Source: Octopus sinensis (taxonomy: Eukaryota). From it: DNA of 64,000 nucleotides. The notes beneath the pieces are model-generated. The model was given only the letters and a program-made list of their open reading frames with translations. It did not search any database and had not been told where the DNA came from. Position 1 is the stretch's first letter. Every line of letters begins with the position of its first letter. The DNA lies in contig NC_043018.1 of assembly GCF_006345805.1 (NCBI RefSeq), positions 1,922,001 to 1,986,000 on the forward strand, in the 5' to 3' direction. The position numbers and the translations under genes are program-made. Below are positions 41,003 through 53,518 of the stretch, in pieces.

Positions 41003-41775
41003 GTGTGTGTGTGTACACGAGCACATACACAACACGAAAGGTGATCAATTTTGAACTAGAGTTTGATTGCTTCTTATAGAAGTGTGGCTATTTTCCACTG
41101 CTAATCCGTGATTTTCGAAACGCTTCACTAAGATATGGCACTCAGTAATGAGTTTTGCAAATCATGTAAGTGCTTTTCATTAACGTGAGGTGATTATTAG
41201 CAATATATGGCAAATTACATAATTGAGACTTGTAACTATTATACATAACTTTACACCATTGAGACACACACACACATCATTTAAAATACACCAAATTTAA
41301 GAAAATAGTTGCTAATATTTTCATACCGTATGGATACAATAATTTGGCAGATTTATGTAATATGTCATGTGTCTGCAAGCAAACCTTCAGACTTAATGTA
41401 TACCGTTAATCCTATTTGAAAGCCAGGACGGTGGAGTATGAGAAAACACGAGAAAACAAAAACAAGAAAGACCATAAGAAGGTTGATGCAAAAGAATTGA
41501 AAAGTAACAAAAAAAACAGACCTATGTAGAATCTGTAGAGAAATATAGATAACTTTTGAGACAACTACACCATATGTAAATGGAGCAAAGAGGTGAAAGT
41601 TTTGCGTAGCTGAAAATCGCACGTTCTTTTTAGATCTAAGAATGCCACCATACTACTTAATTCCAGATCCGAATCTTTTAGGAGATGGAAGCACATGGAC
41701 AGATTCCTTTTGTCGAACTTCTCCCCGGATTGAATAGCTATCCCACAGGTCAAAGTCCACGGGTTAACTTCTCAG

Positions 41776-41808
<33 letters not shown>

Positions 41809-41822
41809 GATATATATATATA

Positions 41823-42297
41823 ATGAATAAATAAATGGAGTTTAACGCAGGTGTAAATCAAATATTTTTACTTTCGACACATGTTTCGAAAATTCCACTG
41901 ATACTATTTTTCCGTGTTAATTGTTACCAAGGTAAAAATACACTCATCTATTGATATATATATATCCATTCTTCCTGAGAATAAAACTAATACACCTACT
42001 TATTGTTCCCTCACTTGTTTTCGTCTTTTGTTTTCTGTAAATTTGAACTTTTCTCTCACTCACTCTCCTCTCTCCTCTCTCTCTCTCTCTCTCTCTCGCT
42101 CTTTCTCTCATTATATATATATATATTATATATATATATATATATACGCCTCTGAAGTGACAAAGGGCACTAATCAGCACCAGTACCGCTAGAAAATAGA
42201 ATCGAAAGAACTCAGTTGTCAGAGAAGCACTATCCTAATTACTGACAAGGGAATCAGCAATATATACAACACAAACACACACACACACACACACAAC

Positions 42298-42328
<31 letters not shown>

Positions 42329-42581
42329 TAGAGAGAGAGAGAGATGAATAAATAAATGGAGGTTAACGCAGGTGTAAATCAAATATTTTTACTTTCGACA
42401 CATGTTTCGAAAATTCCACTGATACTATTTTTCCGTGTTAATTGTTAACAAGGTAAAAATACACTCATCTATTGATATATATATATCCATTCTTCCTGAG
42501 AATAAAACTAATACACCTACTTATTGTTCCCTCACTTGTTTTCGTCTTTTGTTTTCTGTAAATTTGAACTCTTTCTCTCAC

Positions 42582-42674
<93 letters not shown>

Positions 42675-42786
42675 GCCTCTGAAGTGACAAAGGGCACTAA
42701 TCAGCACCAGTACCGCTAGAAATAAGAATCGAAAGAACTCAGTTGTCAGAGAAGCACTATCCTAATTACTGACAAGGGAATCAGCA

Positions 42787-42867
<81 letters not shown>

Positions 42868-42870
42868 AGA
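41823..42870. repeat. Direct tandem duplication, period about 521 bp
   Basis: Units start atgaataaataaatgg at 41823 and 42344. They differ in a few SNPs and in microsatellite lengths. Confidence 0.92.
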
Positions 42871-42881
42871 GAGAAGGAGAG

Positions 42882-42923
<42 letters not shown>

Positions 42924-43349
42924 ACAACAAATCAGGAGATATGAGAGATGAATTTATTTGACTACTTGACATCCGTAGAATTGCGGCCGTTTCGAAGCCT
43001 TCGCCATATAATAATAATTTCCGTGCAAAATAAATCAGTTTATATTTCTGCACCAATATTCATGCTATACACTGCACAGAACAATTGTTCAATCACAAAT
43101 CAATGCAGATAAAAGAAGGCAAGCTGCTTCAAATCGCCAGAACATCATGGTAATACTGAATGCTTCGACTCCGATGCATCATTCTTTATATATGCAATGT
43201 ATGGAAGACCGATAATTGATAAAATTAGAATGGTATTAGCATTAAAGAACAAATGTGAATACTAAATGCATTTGTTTGTAAATTCGTTGACACTGCTAAC
43301 CATATTCAGATTCATGTAAGTATGCTTACAAATATATTTAGACTAATAT

Positions 43350-43732
43350 AGGAGCACTCCGTCGGTTACGACGATGAGGGTCCCAGCTGATACGACCAAC
43401 GGAACAGCCTGCTCGTGGAATTAACGTGCAAGTGGCTGAGCATTCCACAGACACGTGTACCCTTAACGTAGTTCTCGAGGAGATTCAGCGTGACACAGAG
43501 TATGACAAGGCTGGCCCTTTGAAATACAGGTACAACAGAAACAGGAAGAAAGAGTGAGAGAAAGTTGTGGTGAAAGAATACAGCAGGGTTCACCACCACC
43601 CCCTGCAGGAGCCTTGTGAAGCTTTAGGTGTTTTCGCTCAATAAACACTCACAATGCCCGGTCTGGGAATCGAAACCGCGATCCTACGACCGCGAGTCCG
43701 CTACCCTGACCACTGGGCCATTGCGCCTCCAC
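43350..43732 (-). mobile_element. tRNA-derived SINE family C (head C1 plus tail T1), full-length with TSD
   Basis: Head ggaggcgcaatggcccagtggtcagg...gtttcgattccc. 14-bp TSD atttagactaatat at 43336-43349 and 43733-43746. Confidence 0.9.
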
Positions 43733-43951
43733 ATTTAGACTAATATGAATATGTAATCACATGTAAACACCAACCGGTACCGCACCAGATTCAAATATTT
43801 CTATGTTATTAAGTAAGATGCTGTATACAAGTTTCGAGACTTGACCATTCTTAATTTAAATAAAAGACGGCGAAAAAATAATAGGAGGAAAGAAGTTATA
43901 TTAAATTCAAGAAAACATATATAATGAGAACGTTTAAAAATACGTATAGAC

Positions 43952-44488
43952 CAGTGGTTCCCAAACTATTTAGAGTCACAACCCGAGGGCGCGTGGCTTA
44001 GTGGTTAGGGCATTCGGCTCATGATCGTAAGGTTGTGAGTTCGATTCCCGGCGACGCGTTGTGTCCTTGAGCAAGACACTTTATTTCACGTTGCTCCAGT
44101 CCACTCAGCTGGCAAAAATGAGTTGTACTTGTATTTCAAAGGGTCAGCCTTGTCACTCTCTGTGTCACGCTGAATCTCCTCGAGAACTACGTTAAGGATA
44201 CACGTGTCTGTGGAGTGCTCAGCCATTTGCACGTTAATTTCACGAGCAGGCTGTTCCGTTGGTCGTATCAGCTGGGACCCTCGTCGTCGTAACCGGCGGA
44301 GTCTTTAAAGAGTCGCAACCCCCTATTTATCACACCAGTTTATGACGACCCACTTATAAGTCTTGAACTATCTCGATAGACAGAAGTTAATCAAAGCTAA
44401 TGCGTAATTTTATATAACTTTTTGCGACCCACAAAGATTCCGTTCGCGACCCATCTGTGGGTCGCGACTCATAGTTTGGGAACCACTG
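43952..44488. mobile_element. hAT (Charlie-like) MITE interrupted by a SINE
   Basis: Perfect 17-bp TIRs CAGTGGTTCCCAAACTA; perfect 8-bp TSD GTATAGAC (43944-43951, 44489-44496). Confidence 0.92.
43985..44308 (+). mobile_element. tRNA-derived SINE (head C2 plus tail T1) inserted in the hAT MITE
   Basis: A box tggcttagtgg, B box gttcgattcc. 13-bp TSD agagtc(a/g)caaccc at 43972-43984 and 44309-44321. The 3' about 170 bp is shared with 43350-43732. Confidence 0.9.
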
Positions 44489-44985
44489 GTATAGACAGTC
44501 AGTAAAAAATAAAATTCATGAATTCAGTAGGGGACAGCTGGAGATATAAACATTAAACGAAGGGACAGTTCTGAACAGCATTTTCAAATAGGGTTAAAGG
44601 TCACATGAACTCCAGATTCATTGTGTTTCAATACACTGCATTGAAGTCAAAATAGGGTAGATACATATAAAGAATTAATATACTAAAAATTAAAAAATAT
44701 AATAAAGATGCACAACCTCACCCGCATAGCTGTATATTCACACTTCTATGAATATACCTGCATAGGATACAGGGACAAGCATTAGTGCACATTCAAACGT
44801 ATGTATACATGCATGAGTATAAACACATGCTATATGGATAAATGCTGCTAGAAACACATATACACAATACAAATAAATGTACCAACAGAAATATATAAAC
44901 ATATGTTTCTATAGAGGCATATACATATATATTGGCATATAAGAGACCAGCGTGTACGTACGCTGCTACATGTATATAAACAAAG

Positions 44986-45245
44986 AATACAAAAAATGGG
45001 ACAAGAACGCAACAGGCATCCAAACAGTTAGATGATACAAAAAGGGACAAGAGAAAACGAGGACGGAACATTTGCAGTTTTCTTTCGTCAGTCGGGTTCC
45101 CAGCTGAAACTGCAAAGATAATATGGAACTCGACTGACAAAAGAAAACTCCGAATGATCCGTCCTTTTCTTGTTGCTTTTTGTATTATCTAACTGTTTAG
45201 ATGTTTTGTTGTCGCCTGTTGCGTTCGTGTCTCATTTTTTGTATT
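44986..45245. mobile_element. Palindromic element with a decayed hammerhead-like motif in each arm
   Basis: Arms 44986-45100 and 45125-45245, 24-bp loop. Outward-facing cgaCTGAC(G/A)Aaagaaaact..aatg.tccGTCc. Confidence 0.7.
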
Positions 45246-46217
45246 TATATATATATATATTGGCATAGATATATACGCACGGACACACAGACACACGCAC
45301 ACATATACACTACTGCATAGATAGGCTCCCACATTGATAGGAGAAAGACACCTATAGAGACACATTCAACTGAACACATACCTATAGATAAAGGCACATA
45401 TGTATATGAACGTGTATATATATATACACGGTTAAATGCACAACAAATAGTACACAAAACACAGAAACATATATATACACATATGTGTGTGTGTGTGTGT
45501 GTGTATTTGTGTGTGTGTGTCTGTGTGTGTGTGTCTGTGTGTGTGTATACAAAATGGCCTTCTTCAACGCACTCTGCGATACAAAGTGTCTGAAGTGAAG
45601 TTATTGACAGTTAGAGACGAGAAACGGGTGGCGCTGCATTGGTAGCAGATTAATATGGCACTGAACATCGAGCGTTCATAGAGGTGTCAAGATCCACAGG
45701 TTCGCTTCTATGAAGATCCTCCAAGAAGATGCTTTAACAGACATCATTGCGATGCTATTTAAGGATAAATCAATGTTTCGGCTGTCACAAACGATTCGTT
45801 GTTAATTGTTGTCTACACCACGTGACAGATACAGTGGAATCGATCGCAATAGGGAAATATTGGCAGAGCCTGAACGTCACCTGTGTTGAGAATAGAATTT
45901 GAGAGAAGAATTTTTTCCAAACATCAGGATGGCCAACTGTAATTTATGGCTCTCATTCTTAGACCTGCAGGTTATGACTGATATGCCTGCGTAGGAGTGC
46001 GTACATATGCATTCGTTAATGTCAGCATTTGAACATGTGTATAATTATGTGAAACATATTTAAAATAAAATGTTAGATACATGTATACGCAGAAACACAC
46101 ACACACACACATATACATATGTATGATATGTATATAAAATATATAAAATATATATATATATATATATGTATTTATGTATGTCTGTATATAAATGCCTTTC
46201 TCGATATACATGTATAC

Positions 46218-46261
<44 letters not shown>

Positions 46262-47764
46262 TTATAGAGATATGTGTGTATATGTGTGTTATATACATAT
46301 ATATACGTATATAAAATATAAAATTATATATATATATGTATTTATGTATGTCTATATAAATTCCTTTCTCGATATACATGTATGTGTGTATATATATATA
46401 TGTGTGTGTGTGCGTGTGTGTGCGTGTTTGTGTGTGTGTGTGTGTGAGTGTGAATGTGTGTGTGTGTGTATGTGTGTGTGTGTGTGTGTGGTGTGTGTGT
46501 GTGTGTGTGTGTGTGTGTTGTGTGTGTTTGTGTGCGTAAGTACACACGCAAAAATTTACTTAGTCATATCAGCTTTATTCTGCTTCAATAACGACACAAA
46601 ACCGCTGAACCGATTTCATGTTGTGTCTGCCATGTTCCCAAACAGAATCAATCGCTGATGGTTGGCATGGTGACAGTTTTGTAGAATATTCACTTTATTA
46701 AGAGGCGAGACACAACAAACAGTTCAAATGTTGTAACATGTAATTCGACACATCTTCAAAATTTGAATTTTACTGGAACGAATGAACGACAATAGGTCAC
46801 AGCTTCCTCCGATGTCAGCCGAATAACCTATATTTTATAGTTTGAATGACAAGATATTTACAGACGATAAGTCCAAATTGAGGAATTATTAGTGTCGTCT
46901 ATGTAAAAATTTACAATGCTGAGACAATGTTGTGAAAATCGGAAACTGTGTGAAGCCCTTCTGCAGTTTTGTTACTTTTACTTCACATATTTACTACCTT
47001 TTATCATTCACTTGTTTCAGTCACTGGACTGCGCCCATGCACGAGCATTGCCTCGAATAATTCAGAGGAAGAAATTATTTCCTGTACTTATTTTGTTAAG
47101 CCTAGCTTCTTTTTTTTATTCTATCGATATCTTTTGTCGAACCGATAGATACGGGAAGGTAATCAAACAAAAACTGGTTTCTCAAGCGCCGATAGGTGGC
47201 ACAAATACAAAGACGACCGACTCACAAGACTTTGGGGCTATAGAAGAAGACGGGCCCCAGATGACACGCATTGGGACTGAACCTGCAACCTTGTGTTTGG
47301 GAGGGAAAATGCTTGCCGCACAGGCACGCCTGCGACTATCTATATGTAATGCTTTCGTTGGTTTCGTTTATTTTATTATAAACTTCTATGTGGAAATATA
47401 AATCAGTGTATCGATTCGAGAATTTAACTGATAGTTATTTGATAGCCATCGAAAAGTTAAAAGATATTTTCAACCTAGAACGGACGGTGATCCCAGAATA
47501 AAAATCGAAACCACGTTTAGTTACATCTCGTTTCGTTTTGCCAATCAGCGTTAATTGAAATTCTTCTATTTGTGACTTTGCATTGCTGTCCGATGTGCAA
47601 TGTAGTAAAAAAGTGAAAACCATCCAAGACTAAGCTGAGCAATGCTTATTGAATATGAGATTATGCAACAGATTTTCACTGGTGCTTGTATCTGCTATAA
47701 ATAGTAGTAATTTCTTTCTAGAAACGGATAATGTATTCATAGATATTTTCTTTCTTCTTTCTTA

Positions 47765-48655
47765 AACTGTCTTCTCGGTCAAACTGCCGAGCAGAAAGCG
47801 ATGATACGTTGCAAGACTGTCTTTCTGTTGGCAACCGTCTGCAAAAATTATCTCATGGATGGTTTGTTCCAGTGTTTCGATGTGAGCTTGCAGGCACCTC
47901 AGGTTGAAGAGGCTGTCATCAGTAAGGTAGTATAGGTACAGCGCTTCGTCATCGTCATGGTTTTCTGTGGCCTGATGGGACATATTACTAAAGAAGATGG
48001 TGAAAAGAGTCGGTGCGGGGACGCAGCCTTGCTTCACACCGTTGCTAACAGGGAAGGGCTCGGAGAGGTTCTCGCTCTACCTGACCTGGCCCTTCTGGTT
48101 TTCATGCAGACTGTACAGAATGATGTGAAACAAGAACCACCTGAAGAAAATGACCAAGGTCAATGCATACAGAACAGTTGTTCTGACCATCCACTTATAC
48201 GGCTCTGAGACGTCGGTCATTTATCAGCATGACCTATGACTTCTTCAGCAATTCCATCAGCTCTGCATTCGCATCATCCAGGATAGACAATTATCGACTT
48301 CGAAAGCTCACGCTGTATGGCAAACTCTGCTCTTATCACTGTGATACATGAACATCAAAGATGTAGAAGGACTCCCGTATGAAGTCCCTCAGGTTGTGCC
48401 ATATTCATCACCACCACTGGTCTGTGCTTGCCACTGACCACGAAGCCTGGCGTTTCAATGTCCACTGGCCCAAAACGCTTCTTTGAAGGCACCCGCAGAG
48501 ACATCTTTGCAAACAAAAGAAAAAGAACGTAAAACAAAGACTCTGCAGACAACGCTGATCAGCCCTCCTTCCTAAGATCGGACAGGGTGGGCATGAGCAG
48601 GCTTGAAACAGACGTGGACAACTTCGGTGAATATTTACTCGTGAAAACAAGCCAA
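47765..48655. pseudogene. RTE-clade LINE with an inverted 5' segment
   Basis: Minus 48112-47765: LHENQKGQVR*SENLSEPFPVSNGVKQGCVPAPTLFTIFF..SLFNLRCLQAH..IFADG. Plus 48107-48600: RLYRMM*NKNHLKKMTKVNAYRTVVL..LYGSE..QFHQLCIRII..KLTLYGKL..LATDHEAWR. Confidence 0.85.
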
Positions 48656-49967
48656 GAATATACGTGTATATGTATGTATACGTACACACATTCTTATGTA
48701 TATACATGTACATACATACATACATATATATATACATACATACATGCATACATACATGTACATGCATCATAGATACATACACAGACGCATACATACATAT
48801 ATGGATGCATACATATGTATACACGCATGCATAGATACATGCATGCACGGATGCATATATACATACAAACATACACATGCACACACACATGCATACAAAC
48901 ATGCACATACATACATACACATGCATACATGCACATGTATATATATATACACACATGTATACATACATACATACACGCACAAACACGAATTTCATGTCCA
49001 TAGGTTTCTGATTCTGCATACAATTTTAAAGTGGTTCGTGGTGTTGCATCGCTTTGCATTGGAATTTTACTTAATTATTCGCTTAATTGAAGGCTTTAGC
49101 ATGACCGGCAGATCGAGATATATACTGGAGTCGATAAAATCACGTAAAACAATTGCGCTTAAAGAGTCGCCACAGCATCTTCGTCTGACAACGACTCAAA
49201 TCAGTGAAAAATATTGCACAAGAAGGAAATAATACAAAGACGATAGGATCCTCTTCTTTCCGTTAATGACTGGTTCATGGAAGAAAACGGTGGTTATACA
49301 ACATTTTTGGGGGTTTTCAGACCCATGGTGGATGTCGTTCCTTGCATGAATACCCGGCTGAATTTCCCTGTACAGAGGGGGCTCCTCTAAAGACATTTAT
49401 ATATCATGTGGTGTTGATGGTGTAAAATTTGATGACCAATAAAGACGACAGATGTTCCTTCCAAGTGAGTCCCATTCATAATCTTTCTGAGAAATTATTT
49501 TCCAAAAGCTTATGTTGATCCTAGGTCAAGACAAAAACTCATTGGGGTTTAGGGGGTTTTCTCCTTCTTCGATATTATAATACTTCAAGTGAACTACAAC
49601 GATCTCATCTTTTGTTGTTTTTTTTTTTGCTTGTGTTTCGTGTCTGAGTCTGAACAAAGAGGATATTCTCGGCGGCCTTTTCAGATTCAGTGAGGGATCG
49701 GTGTCTTTAATGTTCTGCTTTAAAATGTTGCAGTAAAGCAAAGACATGAGAACGGGGCAAGATTCGAAAGGGAAAAATATTGCTTGGGGAAAAGACTAGG
49801 ACCGAGTATAGTGGATAATGGAGAGAGTAAGTACCTGGACATAACAGGGGAATGAGTATATTAATGAGAGAGAGGGGGAGAATGGGGAGAGACAGAGAGA
49901 GGAAGATGAGGAAGAGGAGGGGAGTAGGAAGAGGAGGGAGGGGAGAGAGGAAGAGGAGGGAAGGAGG

Positions 49968-50067
49968 NNNNNNNNNNNNNNNNNNNNNNNNNNNNNNNNN
50001 NNNNNNNNNNNNNNNNNNNNNNNNNNNNNNNNNNNNNNNNNNNNNNNNNNNNNNNNNNNNNNNNNNN
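49968..50067. other. Assembly gap (100 N)
   Basis: Run of N. Confidence 1.
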
Positions 50068-50292
50068 ATAGGTATACGTGAGAATCTCCTTATTTACCTA
50101 AAACTCTATTCCCCTTTTTTTTATATATATATTTTTTTATTTTTTTTTTATTCTTCTATTAATTTAACACTGACTCCTTGACCACTCCCCCAAGTATGAT
50201 ATTTTGTGCTATGCCTACCCCCAAAAAGTCCCCCACCAGCACCCCTTTAAACCTACCTAAATGTATAAATGCCAATACAATTCTTGTTAACT

Positions 50293-50343
50293 AGCTTCCT
50301 GAAGATTTCTCTTGAATGAAACAGTTCTAGTCCTGTAGAAGCT
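50293..50343 (+). ncRNA. Type I hammerhead ribozyme motif
   Basis: AGCUUC CUGAAGA UUUC UCUU GAAU GAAA CAG UUCUAGUC CUGU A GAAGCU. Stem I 6 bp perfect, stem III 4 bp, stem II 3 bp plus a U.U closing pair, GUA cleavage triplet. Confidence 0.7.
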
Positions 50344-50513
50344 CCTTCTATATAATAAATATATATATATATATATATATCTAGGTATACATATATATGT
50401 ATATGTATATATATATATGTGTGTGTATATGTATGTATATATTTGTATATATATGTACATACATCAATATATATATACAAATGTATATATGTATATATTT
50501 ATATACATATATG

Positions 50514-50565
<52 letters not shown>

Positions 50566-51356
50566 GTTTGTAAGTTACTTGAGGGCAGATTTATGTTTGT
50601 AAAAAACAGCCATGTAATAATTTATCAAAAATTGCTTTGAGGATAAAAACAAACCTTCTTTTCTATAATGTTATTCAATAAAACCACCTTCAGCTTCAAC
50701 AACTGCTTCTATATGAGATATAAATCATCTACATGCTCGAATCAAGTGTTCCTGGTTCATTTTGGACATTATTCTGACTATGGTAACTCTCAAAGAATCA
50801 GTGGTGTTATTGTCGTGTTCATTGACCTCTCAACAACATATAATTGTCCAATGGACTGAGATCTGGGTAATTAGGTGTCAAAATGCTAGGGCTTATGTGA
50901 TCATGAACATTTTAAGCCATCCATTGGCGTGTTACTTAAAAGTGTGCCATTGTAGTTGGAATTGTTCTGAATAAATTCATGGCTAGTGAATGCTCTGAAT
51001 ATATGGCATTCAAAAGGGATATATATTTTATTTAATTCATTTTGCGGGAAGGACTGCTTCGGCGTGGTCGTGTTCTGCCCTTACCTTCGAAACAAGCAAT
51101 GAGTCGAAACAGGGGCAGCTGAAGAAGGGGAATGTTCCTTGTGTTGTTTGCCTTGTACTGTTTTTTCGTTGTTAAAAAAATCCGTTTCCTTCTTTGGTTT
51201 TATGTTTTCGTTTCTTGTTGTGTTCTACGTTTATTTGTGGTGTCCTGTAATCATATGTGCATGTATATATACATATATATGTAGGTATGTACATATATGT
51301 ATGTATGTATGAATATGTTTTATTTATAAAATTGTTATCATATATATATATCATAC

Positions 51357-51434
<78 letters not shown>

Positions 51435-51700
51435 TGTGTTTTACCACGCCTACTAGTGAGCAGTGCAGTATGAATCCGAAACAATTGCTGTGCTAATAAA
51501 TGTGTATTCCGTATTAATATATATATATACTTATATATATATGTATATACATATATATATGTATATGTATATGTAATATATATATATATGCAAATATATA
51601 TGTATATATATGTGTTTGTGTATATGTATATTGATAAAAGTGGTAAGACAATAAAAGAATGAAAGAGACCTCAATATTATGTAAATAGAGGAATTTATCT

Positions 51701-51938
51701 GTAAATGTAATATGAGACAATTATTCGGTAGCCAATGTAAAACTCCGAGTTTCGGATGCCGAGGTGGAAATCCACGCCGCTATCTCTTCAGTTATCCGGT
51801 CATCGGAAAAATGCTTTTTTCATAGCATTTTTCCGATGACCGGATAACTGAAGAGATAGCGGGCGTGGATTTCCACCTCGGCATCCGAAACTCGGAGTTT
51901 TTATCATGGCTACCGAATAATTGTCACATATTACATTT

Positions 51939-51940
<2 letters not shown>
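51701..51940. mobile_element. Near-perfect 240-bp palindrome with a hammerhead motif in each arm
   Basis: Arms 51701-51815 and 51824-51940, 8-nt loop. Right arm 51843-51905: GAUAA CUGAAGA GAU..AUC C GAAAC UCG GAGU U (U)UUAUC. The left arm carries the same motif on minus (about 51736-51796). Confidence 0.85.
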
Positions 51941-51970
<30 letters not shown>

Positions 51971-51996
51971 GTATATATGTATATATGTATATATGT

Positions 51997-52027
<31 letters not shown>

Positions 52028-52883
52028 CATGCATGTGGAATGTGTGTGTGTGTGTGAATCGAAAGAAACATTTATTAATCTTGATAACAAGAACAAGATT
52101 CAATGAAAGACTCAAATCATAAATAAGTTGTCTGGATGCAAATTAGATTGATATGTTAGAAATAGTAGTTAAATAATCTTCAAATCACACATGAAATATC
52201 TTGAAAGGCAATAACAAAATTAAGTCTAACGTTCACTCAAGATATATCTAGAAGAACAGACCAAAAAAAAAAGCGACAACTGTAACACTTTAGAACAAAT
52301 AATTCGTTAGTCATGACTGACGTAGATTTATGTTGCGATAAGAAAAAGAAAAACTGAAGCTATTAAAGAAACGCAAAATAGAACAAAAATATAATGGAAA
52401 TGACAATTGTACTTAACGATATATTTAGTTATGTGTCTTTTTTTTCACAGCTGTTATGTTTAATACTAATTCTGCGCAACCTCTATTATGTTTCAACATT
52501 TTATGAAAACTGATGTGAATAGATAGAAGGCGAAATGATAATACTGTCAATAGAATGAATTAAAAATATATGAAGTTCGATGTAAGATGAGTTGCAATAC
52601 TGTCTTCGATTTGAAGAAAAATACTTCACTGCATTTCAATTATTATTGTGACAAATATTTTCTGCGATTTATGTTTCTGTTTTTGTTTATTTGACTTATT
52701 ATCGTTTTTTTTCCTTCTTATATTTTATTAGAGCAGGACGAAATGATTGGCAGTTACTTCTCATTCAAATATATTTATAGTGTAATTTTATGCATACGTT
52801 CATACATTCATACATACATTTATATACACATATGTATATGTATATATGGATATATCTGTATATCTGTGTGCCTGTGTGTCTAT

Positions 52884-52884
<1 letters not shown>

Positions 52885-52963
<79 letters not shown>

Positions 52964-52972
52964 TCTACCTAC

Positions 52973-53059
<87 letters not shown>

Positions 53060-53080
53060 ATCTATCTGTCTGTCTATCTG

Positions 53081-53131
<51 letters not shown>

Positions 53132-53160
53132 GTCTGTCTATCTGTCTATCTATCTATCTA
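52885..53160. repeat. (TCTA)n tetranucleotide array
   Basis: Direct reading; an (AGAT)n array also lies at about 39622-39715. Confidence 0.95.
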
Positions 53161-53443
53161 TCTCTCAATACATACATATATGTATAGGTTTATATTTAGA
53201 TATGCATGTGTATAAACGTATATTCAATGAACCACACGTCTATACATGCCCACATGCGCATGCGTGAGCACACATACATATTGAATAAGTTGTCAAATGA
53301 ATCTTAAGAGTGGAATTAAAAAAGAAATTCAAAAACAAACACCTTCCCAAAACAATAAATATATTGTCTCAATATCGAGTCCCTGCCCTGTAGATATTCC
53401 GTGTTCCATTCTGCTTTCATAACTTCTATTAATATAATAGCAT

Positions 53444-53518
<75 letters not shown>

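Noticed and set aside
41870-41915. gaaacatgtgtc on minus (also about 42395) resembling a hammerhead 3' half
   Set aside because: No NUGANNA box and no stem I partner upstream.
41823-42870. Regular repeats considered as CRISPR-like or functional arrays (also 57840-58090 and 20330-20720)
   Set aside because: No constant repeat with unique spacers and no cas genes; eukaryotic satellite and duplication patterns explain them.
42975-43030. cgaaacggccgca on minus with a palindromic stem III-like segment
   Set aside because: First core box missing and no valid NUH site.
43985-44060. tRNA-like sequence (also 43660-43730 and 13985-14040)
   Set aside because: These are SINE heads continuing into SINE bodies with TSDs, not tRNA genes.
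50790-50850. VVFIDLSTTYN, reminiscent of the LINE RT motif F.D...AYD
   Set aside because: Too short, with no supporting flanking motifs.
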